Shown here in pieces: positions 47,895-56,821 of a stretch of DNA of 64,000 bases. The stretch's first letter is position 1. Every line of letters begins with the position of its first letter. Origin of the DNA: Candidatus Alistipes stercoravium (GTDB taxonomy: Bacteria; Bacteroidota; Bacteroidia; Bacteroidales; Rikenellaceae); the NCBI GenBank assembly GCA_019119615.1, contig DWWQ01000006.1, positions 4,079 to 68,078 on the forward strand, written 5' to 3'. The position numbers and the translations under genes are program-made. The notes below the pieces were generated by a model. That model was not told where the DNA came from. It worked only from the letters and a program-made list of their open reading frames with translations, and made no database searches.

Positions 47895-50390
47895 TTATTC
47901 CGCAAGCGTAAATGCCTTGTTGATATCCTCGACGGACATCAGATTCGAGAAGTTGTTCCCGTCGCAGATCCAGATAACGGAAGTCGTCAGATTATCCGCA
48001 CCGGCACCCTTCACATAGTTGCCGGAGATGTTCATGTTGGCAAAGCGGAAGCCCAGAATGGTAATGGCGGAATCCTTGCAATACTCGCTGGAAACATTTT
48101 CAAAGGTACAGCCGGTAATTTCCACCGTAGCAGTCTCATTGACTGCATAACCATTGTCGCGCAGTTCGAGATGGATATAACGGTTGCCTTTCTTCGTATT
48201 CTTGAACGTACTGTTCCGGATTACGACCGACTCGATATCCTTGTCCGTCAGCTGAATAGCATCCCATTCCGCATCGACGAACGTGCAGTTCTCGAACGTA
48301 AGGTTCTTGCAGTTGCCTCCGGTAACATAGACAGCGGAACCGTTTTTCGAGGCATTGTGTCCATTGGCAAAGGTCAGATTCCTAACCGTAACCGACGATC
48401 CGTTGAAATAGACGGGCGAACCTTCGAACGTTACACCCTGGCCGTCCAGCACGACATCCTCGTTGAACGAAACCGGGGCCGTCAGAACCACGGTATTCGA
48501 GCCGCTTTCAACAGCGGAGGCAATCGCATTCTGGATCTCGGCGGCCGAATCGACCTTCACGCCGGGAACAACCTCGTAGGTGGCGGGATTGTCGCTCACC
48601 TTCTCCGAGGAGTAGCCCGCGGCCACGAAGTTCGTACCCGCACCCTCGGCACGGTTGTTGGCCGGATCGAAATTCACGAACGTTCCGCCCGTGATGCTGA
48701 CCTTGGCCGTGCCGTTCTTGTAATTCGCATCCAGGCAGTTGATCAGATAGTTGGTACCCCAGGTCGGGTATTCATCCGTCTTGACAAGATCGAAGGTTCC
48801 GCCCTTGATCTCGACAGTTCCCTTATGCACATAGACAGCATCCACATAGCCGAGGTAGGTGCCGCTCTCGATGACCACATGTCCGCCGTTGCGGATATCC
48901 AGGCCATAGACACCGTTGCCCCCGGACTGAACCGTACCGTTCTTGATGGTGAGGTTGCCGCCCAGCACCGAAACAACCGACCAGGTTACATTACCGTCCC
49001 AGGTATCGTCCGATGCGATGGTATGACCGCCCAGATCGAGGTCGAGGGTCTTTCCGGCAGGCACGATGATCGGCTCCTTCAGCACAAGATCCTCCTCCAG
49101 GGTAAAGGTACCGCCCTCCATGGCCGCAACCGTAAGCGCATTCTCATAGTACTGCAGCACACGCGAAACGGAAACCTCCTGTCCTTCCTTATCGATAAGC
49201 GTAACCTTCAGAATCGCCTTGTCTCCATTGGCGGCATCGACGGGCGTTACACGGACCTTGGCATTATTCTGATAAACGCCATCGGCAAAGGCCGGCTTAG
49301 TCAGATCAACCTGCCACGGCGAAGCTGCACGGGTCTGGATATCCATGCCCGTACCGGCACTGTTCTTCACTTCGGCAACCATGGCCGTATAGTCCGACTC
49401 CTTGAGCCCCTGCGGCAATACGATGGCAACATCCGAACCTTTGGCATACACGGTGAAGGGCTCATAGCTGTCAAAGCCTACGGTCAAGGTGTTGGCGCGC
49501 GGAACAATCAGCTGCGTACCATCCACCAGCGTGAAAATCACATTATCCGGATCGCTCGTGTAATCGACGCCATTCTCGGCGAAGACCGCGTCGCCCTTGT
49601 CGCCTTTATCACCATCTTCGCCTTTCTCGCCGGTAGCCTTCACGCCCGTAGAGGCCCAGGTAACTCCGCCGTCGGTCGAAATCTCCCATTCATTGCTGTC
49701 AGCATTGATCCGAACCTGGGGAGCAATGGCATCCTCACCCTGGGCCTTCACACCCGTATCCGTCGTGCCGATCCACCAGTTGCCGTCCTTGATATAGGGA
49801 GTCTGACCATCGTCGCCCGTATCACCCTGGGCCTTCACGCCCGTATCCGTCGTGCCGATCCACCAGTTGCCATCCTTGATATAGGGAGTCTGGCCGTCAT
49901 CGCCCGTGTCGCCTTTGGGACCCGTCACGGGGATCTTGTTGCCGGCCCCATCGGTCATAAATTCAGCTGCGGCATCGCCGATCTTCACGGTCCAGTAATA
50001 GACCCCGTCCGTATCCTTCGCTACACCGATAACCGGAGTCTCACCATCGATACCGTCCACTCCATGCTTGATGGTAATCGACTCACCGGTCTGGAACGTA
50101 ATCGTATAACCGACCTCAATGCCGTTTTCCTTCACGGGAGTTATGTCGGTGATGAAGTTCTTCTCTTCAAGAGCCTTGACAAGGCTTTGGAGAGACTGGA
50201 TGTCCGAATTGACAGACTTCTGCCAGGCCTCAAGTGCTGCTACCCGGTTTTCGAGATCTTCGATATCGGCACGAAGTTCCGAATCATCGTACTCGTCGCT
50301 GCAGGACGAAAACACCAATGTGCTTACACACATCAGTAACCATGCAATCCTGCGACAGAAAAACGTCGCAAACGTGTAAACCTTCTTCAT
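47895..50390 (-). CDS. Large surface lipoprotein: DUF4988/PL29-N-like region with coiled coil and collagen-like Gly-X-Y, followed by beta-helix-like domains
   Basis: Lipobox VFSSC, YDDSELRADIEDLENRVAALE, GVDGIDGETPVIG...YYWT, GEKGEDGDKGDKGD, and (I/V)xGGTF and ENCTF/NSTF/GCTF repeats. Sampled lines are about 47-48% GC. -7 box TATCTTTG at 50535-50542. Confidence 0.8.
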   Translation of the reverse strand: MKKVYTFATFFCRRIAWLLMCVSTLVFSSCSDEYDDSELRADIEDLENRVAALEAWQKSVNSDIQSLQSLVKALEEKNFITDITPVKENGIEVGYTITFQTGESITIKHGVDGIDGETPVIGVAKDTDGVYYWTVKIGDAAAEFMTDGAGNKIPVTGPKGDTGDDGQTPYIKDGNWWIGTTDTGVKAQGDTGDDGQTPYIKDGNWWIGTTDTGVKAQGEDAIAPQVRINADSNEWEISTDGGVTWASTGVKATGEKGEDGDKGDKGDAVFAENGVDYTSDPDNVIFTLVDGTQLIVPRANTLTVGFDSYEPFTVYAKGSDVAIVLPQGLKESDYTAMVAEVKNSAGTGMDIQTRAASPWQVDLTKPAFADGVYQNNAKVRVTPVDAANGDKAILKVTLIDKEGQEVSVSRVLQYYENALTVAAMEGGTFTLEEDLVLKEPIIVPAGKTLDLDLGGHTIASDDTWDGNVTWSVVSVLGGNLTIKNGTVQSGGNGVYGLDIRNGGHVVIESGTYLGYVDAVYVHKGTVEIKGGTFDLVKTDEYPTWGTNYLINCLDANYKNGTAKVSITGGTFVNFDPANNRAEGAGTNFVAAGYSSEKVSDNPATYEVVPGVKVDSAAEIQNAIASAVESGSNTVVLTAPVSFNEDVVLDGQGVTFEGSPVYFNGSSVTVRNLTFANGHNASKNGSAVYVTGGNCKNLTFENCTFVDAEWDAIQLTDKDIESVVIRNSTFKNTKKGNRYIHLELRDNGYAVNETATVEITGCTFENVSSEYCKDSAITILGFRFANMNISGNYVKGAGADNLTTSVIWICDGNNFSNLMSVEDINKAFTLAE
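49741..49914 (-). repeat. 2 x 87-bp tandem duplication (29-aa unit GDTGDDGQTPYIKDGNWWIGTTDTGVKAQ)
   Basis: Copies at 49741-49827 and 49828-49914, 8 mismatches, all at third codon positions. Confidence 0.95.
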
Positions 50391-50743
50391 GTTGTTTGGA
50401 TTAAGAATAAAACAATGTATCTGTTTACCCAACAGGCAATTAGAGACACAGCGACAGAGATTTCAAGAAAGAGCATGCACAGTACTACACATCAACAGTC
50501 TGCCACACATCCCCAACAATACCTAATCAAGATACAAAGATAGCAAAAAAATCCCAACAGGTAGCACGCAAAGATTAAAAAATTGTGAAAAACAGGCAAA
50601 AGGATCCTTTCAGAGAGCCCGTTATTCTCGGGACATGGCAAGGACGCATGGCGAGATAACGCCTTGCATCCGAACAGAAACGGAAGCACTCCGCACGGTC
50701 GAGCCTTCGCTCGCCGACGAATCCGAGAAATAAGGATGTCAGA

Positions 50744-51328
50744 TCAAAGCCGCTTGAGCGACATGCGCACCAGCTCCTCGACCGAAGCCGACGGAGTCTC
50801 CCGCAGCACCCCGCGCAGCACCTTTTCGGCCGCCGTGCGCGCAAAGCCCAGCATGACCAGCGCGGCAAGGGCCTCGTCGAAATTCCCGCTGTCGGCAACA
50901 GGTGCCGCGGCATCCGCTTCGGCACCGAGCGCCGTGAGCTTGCCCGTGAGTTCCACGATGATCTTCTGCGCCGTCTTCAGGCCCAGCCCCTTGACATTCT
51001 TCAGCAGCACGGCATTGCCCGTGGAGATGATGTTCTGCAACTCCCGCGGCGAATAGGTCGAGAGGATCATCCGCGCCGTATTGCCCCCGACGCCCGAAAC
51101 GCCGATCAGCAGGCGGAAAAGTTCCCGTTCGACACGCGTCGAAAAACCGTAGAGCAACTGGGCATCCTCCCGGACCACATAGTGCACATAGAGCTTCGCC
51201 CGTTCGGCATGCTCGATGGCCGAGAAGGTTTCGAGCGAGATGTTGAGGTAGTAGCCGACACCTCCGGCATCGAGAATCGCATAGGTCGGAGCCACCTCGG
51301 CGATTGTGCCGCTGATATATTCGTACAT
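50744..51328 (-). CDS. ruvA: Holliday junction branch migration protein RuvA
   Basis: MYEYISG, GVGY, REDAQLLYGF, VSGVGGNTA, VKGLGLKTAQKI, ALVMLGF. Confidence 0.97.
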   Translation of the reverse strand: MYEYISGTIAEVAPTYAILDAGGVGYYLNISLETFSAIEHAERAKLYVHYVVREDAQLLYGFSTRVERELFRLLIGVSGVGGNTARMILSTYSPRELQNIISTGNAVLLKNVKGLGLKTAQKIIVELTGKLTALGAEADAAAPVADSGNFDEALAALVMLGFARTAAEKVLRGVLRETPSASVEELVRMSLKRL

Positions 51329-51426
51329 GATTGTCAAATTTTGGTCGCAGACAGGCAAAAATAAAGATTTTTTCCTACCTTTGTGTCCCAAAGGAGAAAT
51401 AATTACCAAAAAACAGCATACCCAAT

Positions 51427-52026
51427 ATGAAAAAAATTCTCTTCCCGCTCCTGGCCGCAGCGCTCGCCATGACCGCCTGCGACTCGAAAACGACGGAGCA
51501 GGCCGCAGGCGCCGAGGCGCAGACCGAAGCGACGGCCCAGATCGGATCGAGCGACATCGCCTATGTACAGGTCGAGGCGGTGCTGGCCCAGTGCGACCTC
51601 TTCCTCAACGAAGGCAAGGCCCTTCAGGAGAAAACCGAGAAAGCCCAGAAAAGCTGGGCCCAGCGCGAGCAGAGCCTCCAGGCCGAAGCCGCCCAGCTGC
51701 AGGAAAAATACCAGAAAGGCCTGATTACCACACGCGACGCGCAGGCCCAGCAGGAAAGCATCCAGCAGCGTGTGGCCTCCTATCAGAACAACGCACAGAA
51801 AGAGGCCCAGACGCTCGACGAAGAGAATTACGTCTTCACGAACCGTGCACAGGACCTGCTCCAGCGCGCCGTGCAGGAGATCAACGCCGACAAGCGCTAC
51901 AAGCTCATCATCAACGCTTCGGCCCTCATAGACGCCGACACGACACTCAACATCACGCCCGCCGTGCTGAAGAAGGTCAATGAGCTCTACGCCGCCGACA
52001 AAAAGGCCGACAAGGCGAAAAACTGA
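51427..52026 (+). CDS. OmpH/Skp-family chaperone (lipoprotein signal)
   Basis: LAMTAC lipobox, IAYVQVEAVL, long Q-rich helical hairpin, NITPAVLKKVN. -7 box TACCTTTG at 51376-51383. Confidence 0.88.
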   Translation: MKKILFPLLAAALAMTACDSKTTEQAAGAEAQTEATAQIGSSDIAYVQVEAVLAQCDLFLNEGKALQEKTEKAQKSWAQREQSLQAEAAQLQEKYQKGLITTRDAQAQQESIQQRVASYQNNAQKEAQTLDEENYVFTNRAQDLLQRAVQEINADKRYKLIINASALIDADTTLNITPAVLKKVNELYAADKKADKAKN

Positions 52027-52050
52027 TCGGACAACCGGTCAAGACGCAAG

Positions 52051-52087
52051 ACGGTTTCCTCCGAATAGCGGGGAAACCGTTTTTTTT
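52051..52087 (+). terminator. Terminator of the ompH-like gene
   Basis: ACGGTTTCCTCCG-aatag-CGGGGAAACCGT-T7. Confidence 0.85.
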
Positions 52088-52132
52088 CGTACATTTGCAC
52101 GAAAATGAAAACGAACTAATTTTTCCGGACAG

Positions 52133-52933
52133 ATGGGATTCGTTCCGTTCACATTCATCGACTTCATAGACATCATCCTGGTGGCTGCGATCATGTACTG
52201 GATCTACCGCATGACCAAAGGCACCAACGCCCCCTACATCCTTTCGGGAATCATCGCCATATACCTGCTCTGGGTCATCGTCCGGGCTCTCAATATGGAG
52301 CTGCTATCGACCATTCTCGGGCAGCTGATCTCGGTAGGCGCCATCGCCCTGATTATCGTCTTCCAGCCCGAGCTGCGACGATTCCTCCAGATGATCGGCA
52401 TGCGGCAAAAGCACTTCAACTTCATCACCCGCATCTTCTCCTCGGGCGAGGATCCCGTGCAGACGAACGTCGTGCCGATCGTTACGGCCTGCCGCGAAAT
52501 GTCCGAAGCGAAAATAGGAGCGCTGATCGTCATCGGACTGCGCAGCGACCTGCGACTGATTACCGAAGGCGGCATCGCCATCGACGCCAAGATCTCCACC
52601 CCGCTGCTCGAGAACATCTTCTTCAAAAATGCCCCATTGCACGACGGAGCCGTTGTAATCGAAGGCGACCGCATCGTGGCTGCCAAGTGTATTCTCCCGG
52701 TAACGCAGAGCGCCGTACCCAAATCCTACGGAACACGCCACCGCGCAGCCATCGGCATGAGCGAAATTTCCGATGCGATCATCATCGTCGTCTCGGAAGA
52801 GACGGGAGGAATCTCGATCGCACAGAACGGAGACATTCACCACAACATCAGCCCGCAGCATCTGCAGCAGACCCTGCAGCGCTACCTGGCCCTCAACAGC
52901 CGCAAACAGACCAAGGACGAAGTGGCCGAATAG
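52133..52933 (+). CDS. cdaA: Diadenylate cyclase CdaA (TIGR00159)
   Basis: 3 TM helices, FQPELRRFL, GALIV, PLHDGAV, GTRHRAA, VSEETG. -7 box TACATTTG at 52090-52097. Confidence 0.96.
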   Translation: MGFVPFTFIDFIDIILVAAIMYWIYRMTKGTNAPYILSGIIAIYLLWVIVRALNMELLSTILGQLISVGAIALIIVFQPELRRFLQMIGMRQKHFNFITRIFSSGEDPVQTNVVPIVTACREMSEAKIGALIVIGLRSDLRLITEGGIAIDAKISTPLLENIFFKNAPLHDGAVVIEGDRIVAAKCILPVTQSAVPKSYGTRHRAAIGMSEISDAIIIVVSEETGGISIAQNGDIHHNISPQHLQQTLQRYLALNSRKQTKDEVAE

Positions 52934-52985
52934 CCGCAGGGCCGAAGAACCACAGGACCGAAGAGCTGTACGCCGGAACAAAATG

Positions 52986-53021
52986 AAAGCGTCCGCACCT
53001 TCAAAGGTGCGGACGCTTTTT
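52986..53021. terminator. Bidirectional terminator (cdaA/GH3)
   Basis: AAAGCGTCCGCACCT-tcaa-AGGTGCGGACGCTTTTT. Confidence 0.92.
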
Positions 53022-53038
53022 CGCAAAACAGACCGCTG

Positions 53039-55273
53039 TTATTTCAATGTGAAATCCACTACGCCGCGGATATCGTCCGAAGCGGCGCCGACAAAGGCCT
53101 TGAAGTCGCCCGGCTCGGCAACCCAGGCACCCTTCGTATCGTCGTAGTACTGCAGCGCCTCGGGCGTGAGCGTAAAGGTTACCGTACGCGTCTGGCTGGG
53201 TTCGAGGGCTACCTTTTCGAAGCCCTTGAGCTCCTTGACCGGACGCGGAAGCGCCGAGGCGCAGTCGCCGACATAGAGCTGCACGACCTCCTGGCCGGCC
53301 CGCTCGCCCGTATTGGTAACATCGACCGAGATGCGGATCGTGCCATCCGAAGCAAGCTCCGTGCGGTCGCTGCGGATGTTGTCGTAAGCGAAGGTCGTAT
53401 AGCTCAAGCCGTGGCCGAAGGCGAAGAGCGGCGCGATCTGCTGCTTCTCGGCCCAGCGGTATCCGACGAAGATGCTCTCGTTATACTTCACCGAGTCGCC
53501 GCCCGGGTACTCGCCCAGTGCGATGGCGCCGTTGTCCTCCAGACGTACGGGGAAGGTGAAGGGCAGCTTGCCCGAGGGATTCACCGCACCGAAGAGCACA
53601 TCAGCCAGGGCATTGCCCGCCTCCGAACCCGAATACCATGCCTCCAGCACGGCGGGAACGCGATCGATCCACGGCATCGCTACGGCATTGCCCGAGACGA
53701 AGACCGCAACCAGGTGCGGATTAGCCTCGGCAAGCGCCTCGATCAGACGGTCCTGCCCATAGGGAAGCCCCAGTTGCAGGCGGTCGCTGCCCTCGGCATC
53801 CTGGTTGGCACTCTTGTTCAGACCGCCGATGAAGATCACGGCATCGGCATCGCGGGCCGCAGCCACGGCATCGGCGATGAGGCGGTCGGCCGTGCGCGTC
53901 TCGTTCAGATCCTGCCCGGTCTCCACGCCGTTGAAGCTGCTCGACACGTCGCCGACGTAGCCGCGTTCGTAAACCACCTCGGCGCGCTCGCCGACGGCGG
54001 CGAGGATACCCTCCAGCGGCGTCGTCTCGTGTTTCACCTTCAGCGAGGAGGAGCCGCCGCCGATAGTCATCATCTTCACGGCATTCTCGCCGATGACGGC
54101 AATGCGTTTCGTCTGCTGCAGATCCAGCGGCAGCACGCCGCCGTCGTTCTTCAGCAGCACCATGCCTTCGCCCGCAATGCGGCGGGCAGCGGCGGCGTGT
54201 TCGGGTGAATTGAGCGATCCGAAAGGCTTGCGCGTGTTCATCGCCGTGCGGAAGATCAGGCGCAGCACGCGGCGCACCTTGCCGTCGAGCGTCTCGACCG
54301 AAGCCTCGCCCCGGCGGAGCAGGTCGAGGTAGGGAGCCGCCAGGAAGTAGTTGTCGTAGGCGTTGCTGGCACCCCATGTCAGGCCGTCGGTCCACGATCC
54401 GTACTCCAGGTCGAGACCGTTGTCGATCGCCTCGCGCGTATCGTGCGTACCGCCCCAGTCGGAGATCACCGTACCGTCGAAGCCCCAGTCGCGTTTGAGA
54501 ATGTCGTTGAGCAGGTAGCGGTTGTGGCAGCAGTACTCTCCCTTATATTTATTATAGGAGCCCATGATGGCCCAGGCGCCACCCTCCTGGACGGCCGCCT
54601 TGAAGGCCGGAAGGTAGATCTCGTACAGGGCCCGGTCATCCACGACGACATCGACGCCGTGACGGTGTACCTCCTGGTTGTTCAGCGCGAAGTGCTTGAC
54701 ACAGGCCGCCACGCCGTTCTGCTGCACGCCCTGCACATAGGGCACGACCATGCGCGACGAAAGATAGGGATCCTCGCCCATATATTCGAAGTTGCGGCCA
54801 TTGAGCGGCGTGCGGCAGATATTGACGCCCGGGCCGAGCAGCACGTCCTTCTCGCGGTAGCGGGCCTCCTCGCCGACGGACTTGCCGTAGAGGGCCGCCA
54901 TCTCGGGATTCCACGTCGCCGCAAGGCACGTCAGAGCCGGGAAAGCCGTACAGGAGTCATTCGTCCAGCCGGCCTGGTCCCACTCGTCCCACAGCACCTC
55001 GGGACGGATGCCGTGAGGGCCGTCCGTACACCACAGTTCGGGAATGCCGAGACGAGGAACTCCCGCCGAGGAGAATTTCGACTGCGCATGCAGCACGGCA
55101 ACTTTCTCTTCGAGCGTCATCCGCGAAAGTGCATCCTCGACGCGCCGTTCGATCGGCTGCGTCTCGTCAAGATAGACGGCCACGGTCTCTCCGGAAGGGC
55201 GGCCATCGCCGCATGCTGCGGCCGTAAGCACGCCGCAGGCCACACAGGTTTTCATAAGCGTAGATTTTTTCAT
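53039..55273 (-). CDS. GH3 beta-glucosidase/xylosidase-type lipoprotein
   Basis: LTAAAC lipobox, TDGPHG, GRNFEYMGEDP, VKHFA, VISDWGG, FAFGHGLSYT, FnIII ELKGFEKV. -7 box at 55322-55329. Confidence 0.94.
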   Translation of the reverse strand: MKKSTLMKTCVACGVLTAAACGDGRPSGETVAVYLDETQPIERRVEDALSRMTLEEKVAVLHAQSKFSSAGVPRLGIPELWCTDGPHGIRPEVLWDEWDQAGWTNDSCTAFPALTCLAATWNPEMAALYGKSVGEEARYREKDVLLGPGVNICRTPLNGRNFEYMGEDPYLSSRMVVPYVQGVQQNGVAACVKHFALNNQEVHRHGVDVVVDDRALYEIYLPAFKAAVQEGGAWAIMGSYNKYKGEYCCHNRYLLNDILKRDWGFDGTVISDWGGTHDTREAIDNGLDLEYGSWTDGLTWGASNAYDNYFLAAPYLDLLRRGEASVETLDGKVRRVLRLIFRTAMNTRKPFGSLNSPEHAAAARRIAGEGMVLLKNDGGVLPLDLQQTKRIAVIGENAVKMMTIGGGSSSLKVKHETTPLEGILAAVGERAEVVYERGYVGDVSSSFNGVETGQDLNETRTADRLIADAVAAARDADAVIFIGGLNKSANQDAEGSDRLQLGLPYGQDRLIEALAEANPHLVAVFVSGNAVAMPWIDRVPAVLEAWYSGSEAGNALADVLFGAVNPSGKLPFTFPVRLEDNGAIALGEYPGGDSVKYNESIFVGYRWAEKQQIAPLFAFGHGLSYTTFAYDNIRSDRTELASDGTIRISVDVTNTGERAGQEVVQLYVGDCASALPRPVKELKGFEKVALEPSQTRTVTFTLTPEALQYYDDTKGAWVAEPGDFKAFVGAASDDIRGVVDFTLK

Positions 55274-55352
55274 TTCATTCGGGTATTTTTGTTACATGTT
55301 CGGCAGTCCCTGCATCGGGAACAAAGATAGACATTTATCCGCGAAATGGCTC

Positions 55353-55389
55353 AAAAAAAACGTCCCTCTGCCAGGCAAAGGGACGTTTT
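55353..55389 (-). terminator. Terminator of secG
   Basis: A8-CGTCCCT...AGGGACG-TTTT. Confidence 0.85.
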
Positions 55390-55427
55390 GTATACGCTTC
55401 TCCGAATTCCGGAGAGGAGATCCGCAC

Positions 55428-55802
55428 CTACTCGGCCGAAGTTTCGGCAGGCTCCGCAGCGGGCTGCTCCGCGGGAAGCTCGGCCTGCGGCATCGCGGGA
55501 ACCGCCTCCGTGTTGAGCATCTGCTCCTGAAGAGCCTTGGCATCCTTCGAGATCTCCGAATTGCTCTCCGCAACGAGGCCCTTGTCCATGGCCAGCGTGG
55601 CAACAAGGCTCAAAACCACAATGGCGATGGCCATCGTCCAGGTAAACTTCTCCAGAAAATTCGTCGTCTCACGCACGCCCATCACCTGATTCGACGCGCC
55701 GAAGTTGGCGGCCATGCCGCTCTTGGGATTCTGCACCAGTACCGCGAGAATGATCAGAACGCTCGCAATAAGTATCAGGGCAATGCAAATCGTGTATAAC
55801 AT
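55428..55802 (-). CDS. secG: Preprotein translocase subunit SecG
   Basis: VLVQNPKSG, FGASNQVMGVRETTNFLEKFTW, 2 TM helices. Confidence 0.93.
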   Translation of the reverse strand: MLYTICIALILIASVLIILAVLVQNPKSGMAANFGASNQVMGVRETTNFLEKFTWTMAIAIVVLSLVATLAMDKGLVAESNSEISKDAKALQEQMLNTEAVPAMPQAELPAEQPAAEPAETSAE

Positions 55803-55817
55803 ATCTCAGTCTTTTAA

Positions 55818-56309
55818 TTATTGTTTTTCGGTTTTTTCAATAAGTTCGGCAAAGTAAATACTTTTTTCGGGATTTAGCAAACTTAATTTGCGATAAATTG
55901 CCACAGCCTCGTCGCGGAGTCCCTGCGAAAGGTAAACCGCAGCCAGCTCCTCGCTTACGAGTTCGTCCTCGTCGTCCAGATCGGGAGCCGTACGCACCTC
56001 CGTATCGGGAGCCGTCTCGTCGGCGACGATACGCAGGTTCTCCTCCTTCAGGAAACGGTCGATAACCTCCCCGGACGTAAGGTGCGTCAGCGCATCGGCA
56101 TCCACGGCCGCACGGCACAGGGAGCTCTCCCCGCGCCACGGGGCCATGAGCCCGACCAGCGGATCCGTCTCTCCCGAAAGCCGTTCGGCAGCGGCATGCA
56201 GCGGAAGGAACCACGCATAACGCTCCAGCGCCGCGGCAAGTTCTTCGGCGGAGGGTTGCGACGCCCCGCAGGGCGAAAGCAGATAGTCGCGCAATCCGGC
56301 CATGGGCAT
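55818..56309 (-). CDS. Conserved TPR-like protein between lptE and secG
   Basis: IDRFL, LVSEELAAVYLSQG...A..IY.KLSL.NPEKS.YFA. ATG couples to the lptE stop (TGATG). Confidence 0.75.
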   Translation of the reverse strand: MPMAGLRDYLLSPCGASQPSAEELAAALERYAWFLPLHAAAERLSGETDPLVGLMAPWRGESSLCRAAVDADALTHLTSGEVIDRFLKEENLRIVADETAPDTEVRTAPDLDDEDELVSEELAAVYLSQGLRDEAVAIYRKLSLLNPEKSIYFAELIEKTEKQ

Positions 56310-56818
56310 CACCAGTTGGAGGCCGAAGCCTGGAAGATATCCGTTACGATCTTATCGACGATGACCGGGATGAGCGTGCCCTCCACCTCCGTAAGCAGCT
56401 GCGTCGAGTCGTAGTCCTCGTAGGCCGAGAAGGTGCGGTTGAACGACATGCTGTCGTCGAGGGCATTCGTGAAACGCACCTTGACGGTGATCGTCAGGCG
56501 GTTCAGCAAGGCATATTCGTCGCTCGACACGGACGAGGTCGTCGAGGTGTAGTTCGTGATCTCACCCTCGAAGGCGAAGTCGCCGCCCTCATCGACCTGC
56601 GTCAGGCGCGTACGCCGCGAAAACATATCCACCAGCGCATCGGTAAGCGTCGAACTCAAAATCGGCGACACCATCGTCGCGTTATTGGGGAAATAGGCCA
56701 CCGAGAAGGTCTTGGCATCGGGAGGAATCGACGCTCCCGACAACGAATACTTGATGGCCACGCCGCAGCCGGCGAAGAGCGCCGTGCAGCAGAGCATTAT
56801 GAGCAGCTTGAATTTCAT
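56309..56818 (-). CDS. lptE: LPS assembly lipoprotein LptE family
   Basis: LFAGC lipobox, YSLSGASI, FEGEITNY, RLTITVKVRF, FNRTFS. Confidence 0.88.
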   Translation of the reverse strand: MKFKLLIMLCCTALFAGCGVAIKYSLSGASIPPDAKTFSVAYFPNNATMVSPILSSTLTDALVDMFSRRTRLTQVDEGGDFAFEGEITNYTSTTSSVSSDEYALLNRLTITVKVRFTNALDDSMSFNRTFSAYEDYDSTQLLTEVEGTLIPVIVDKIVTDIFQASASNW

Positions 56819-56821
56819 ACG

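Noticed and set aside
49741-49914. 87-bp repeat pair as DGR template/variable repeats or a CRISPR unit
   Set aside because: The copies are tandem, differences are silent third-position transitions, there is no reverse transcriptase or cas gene, and there are no spacers.
55846-55857. Internal secG promoter overlapping the YFA codons of the TPR gene (TTACTTTG on the minus strand)
   Set aside because: Mismatch at the conserved A of TAnnTTTG. It may simply reflect the encoded Y-F-A residues.
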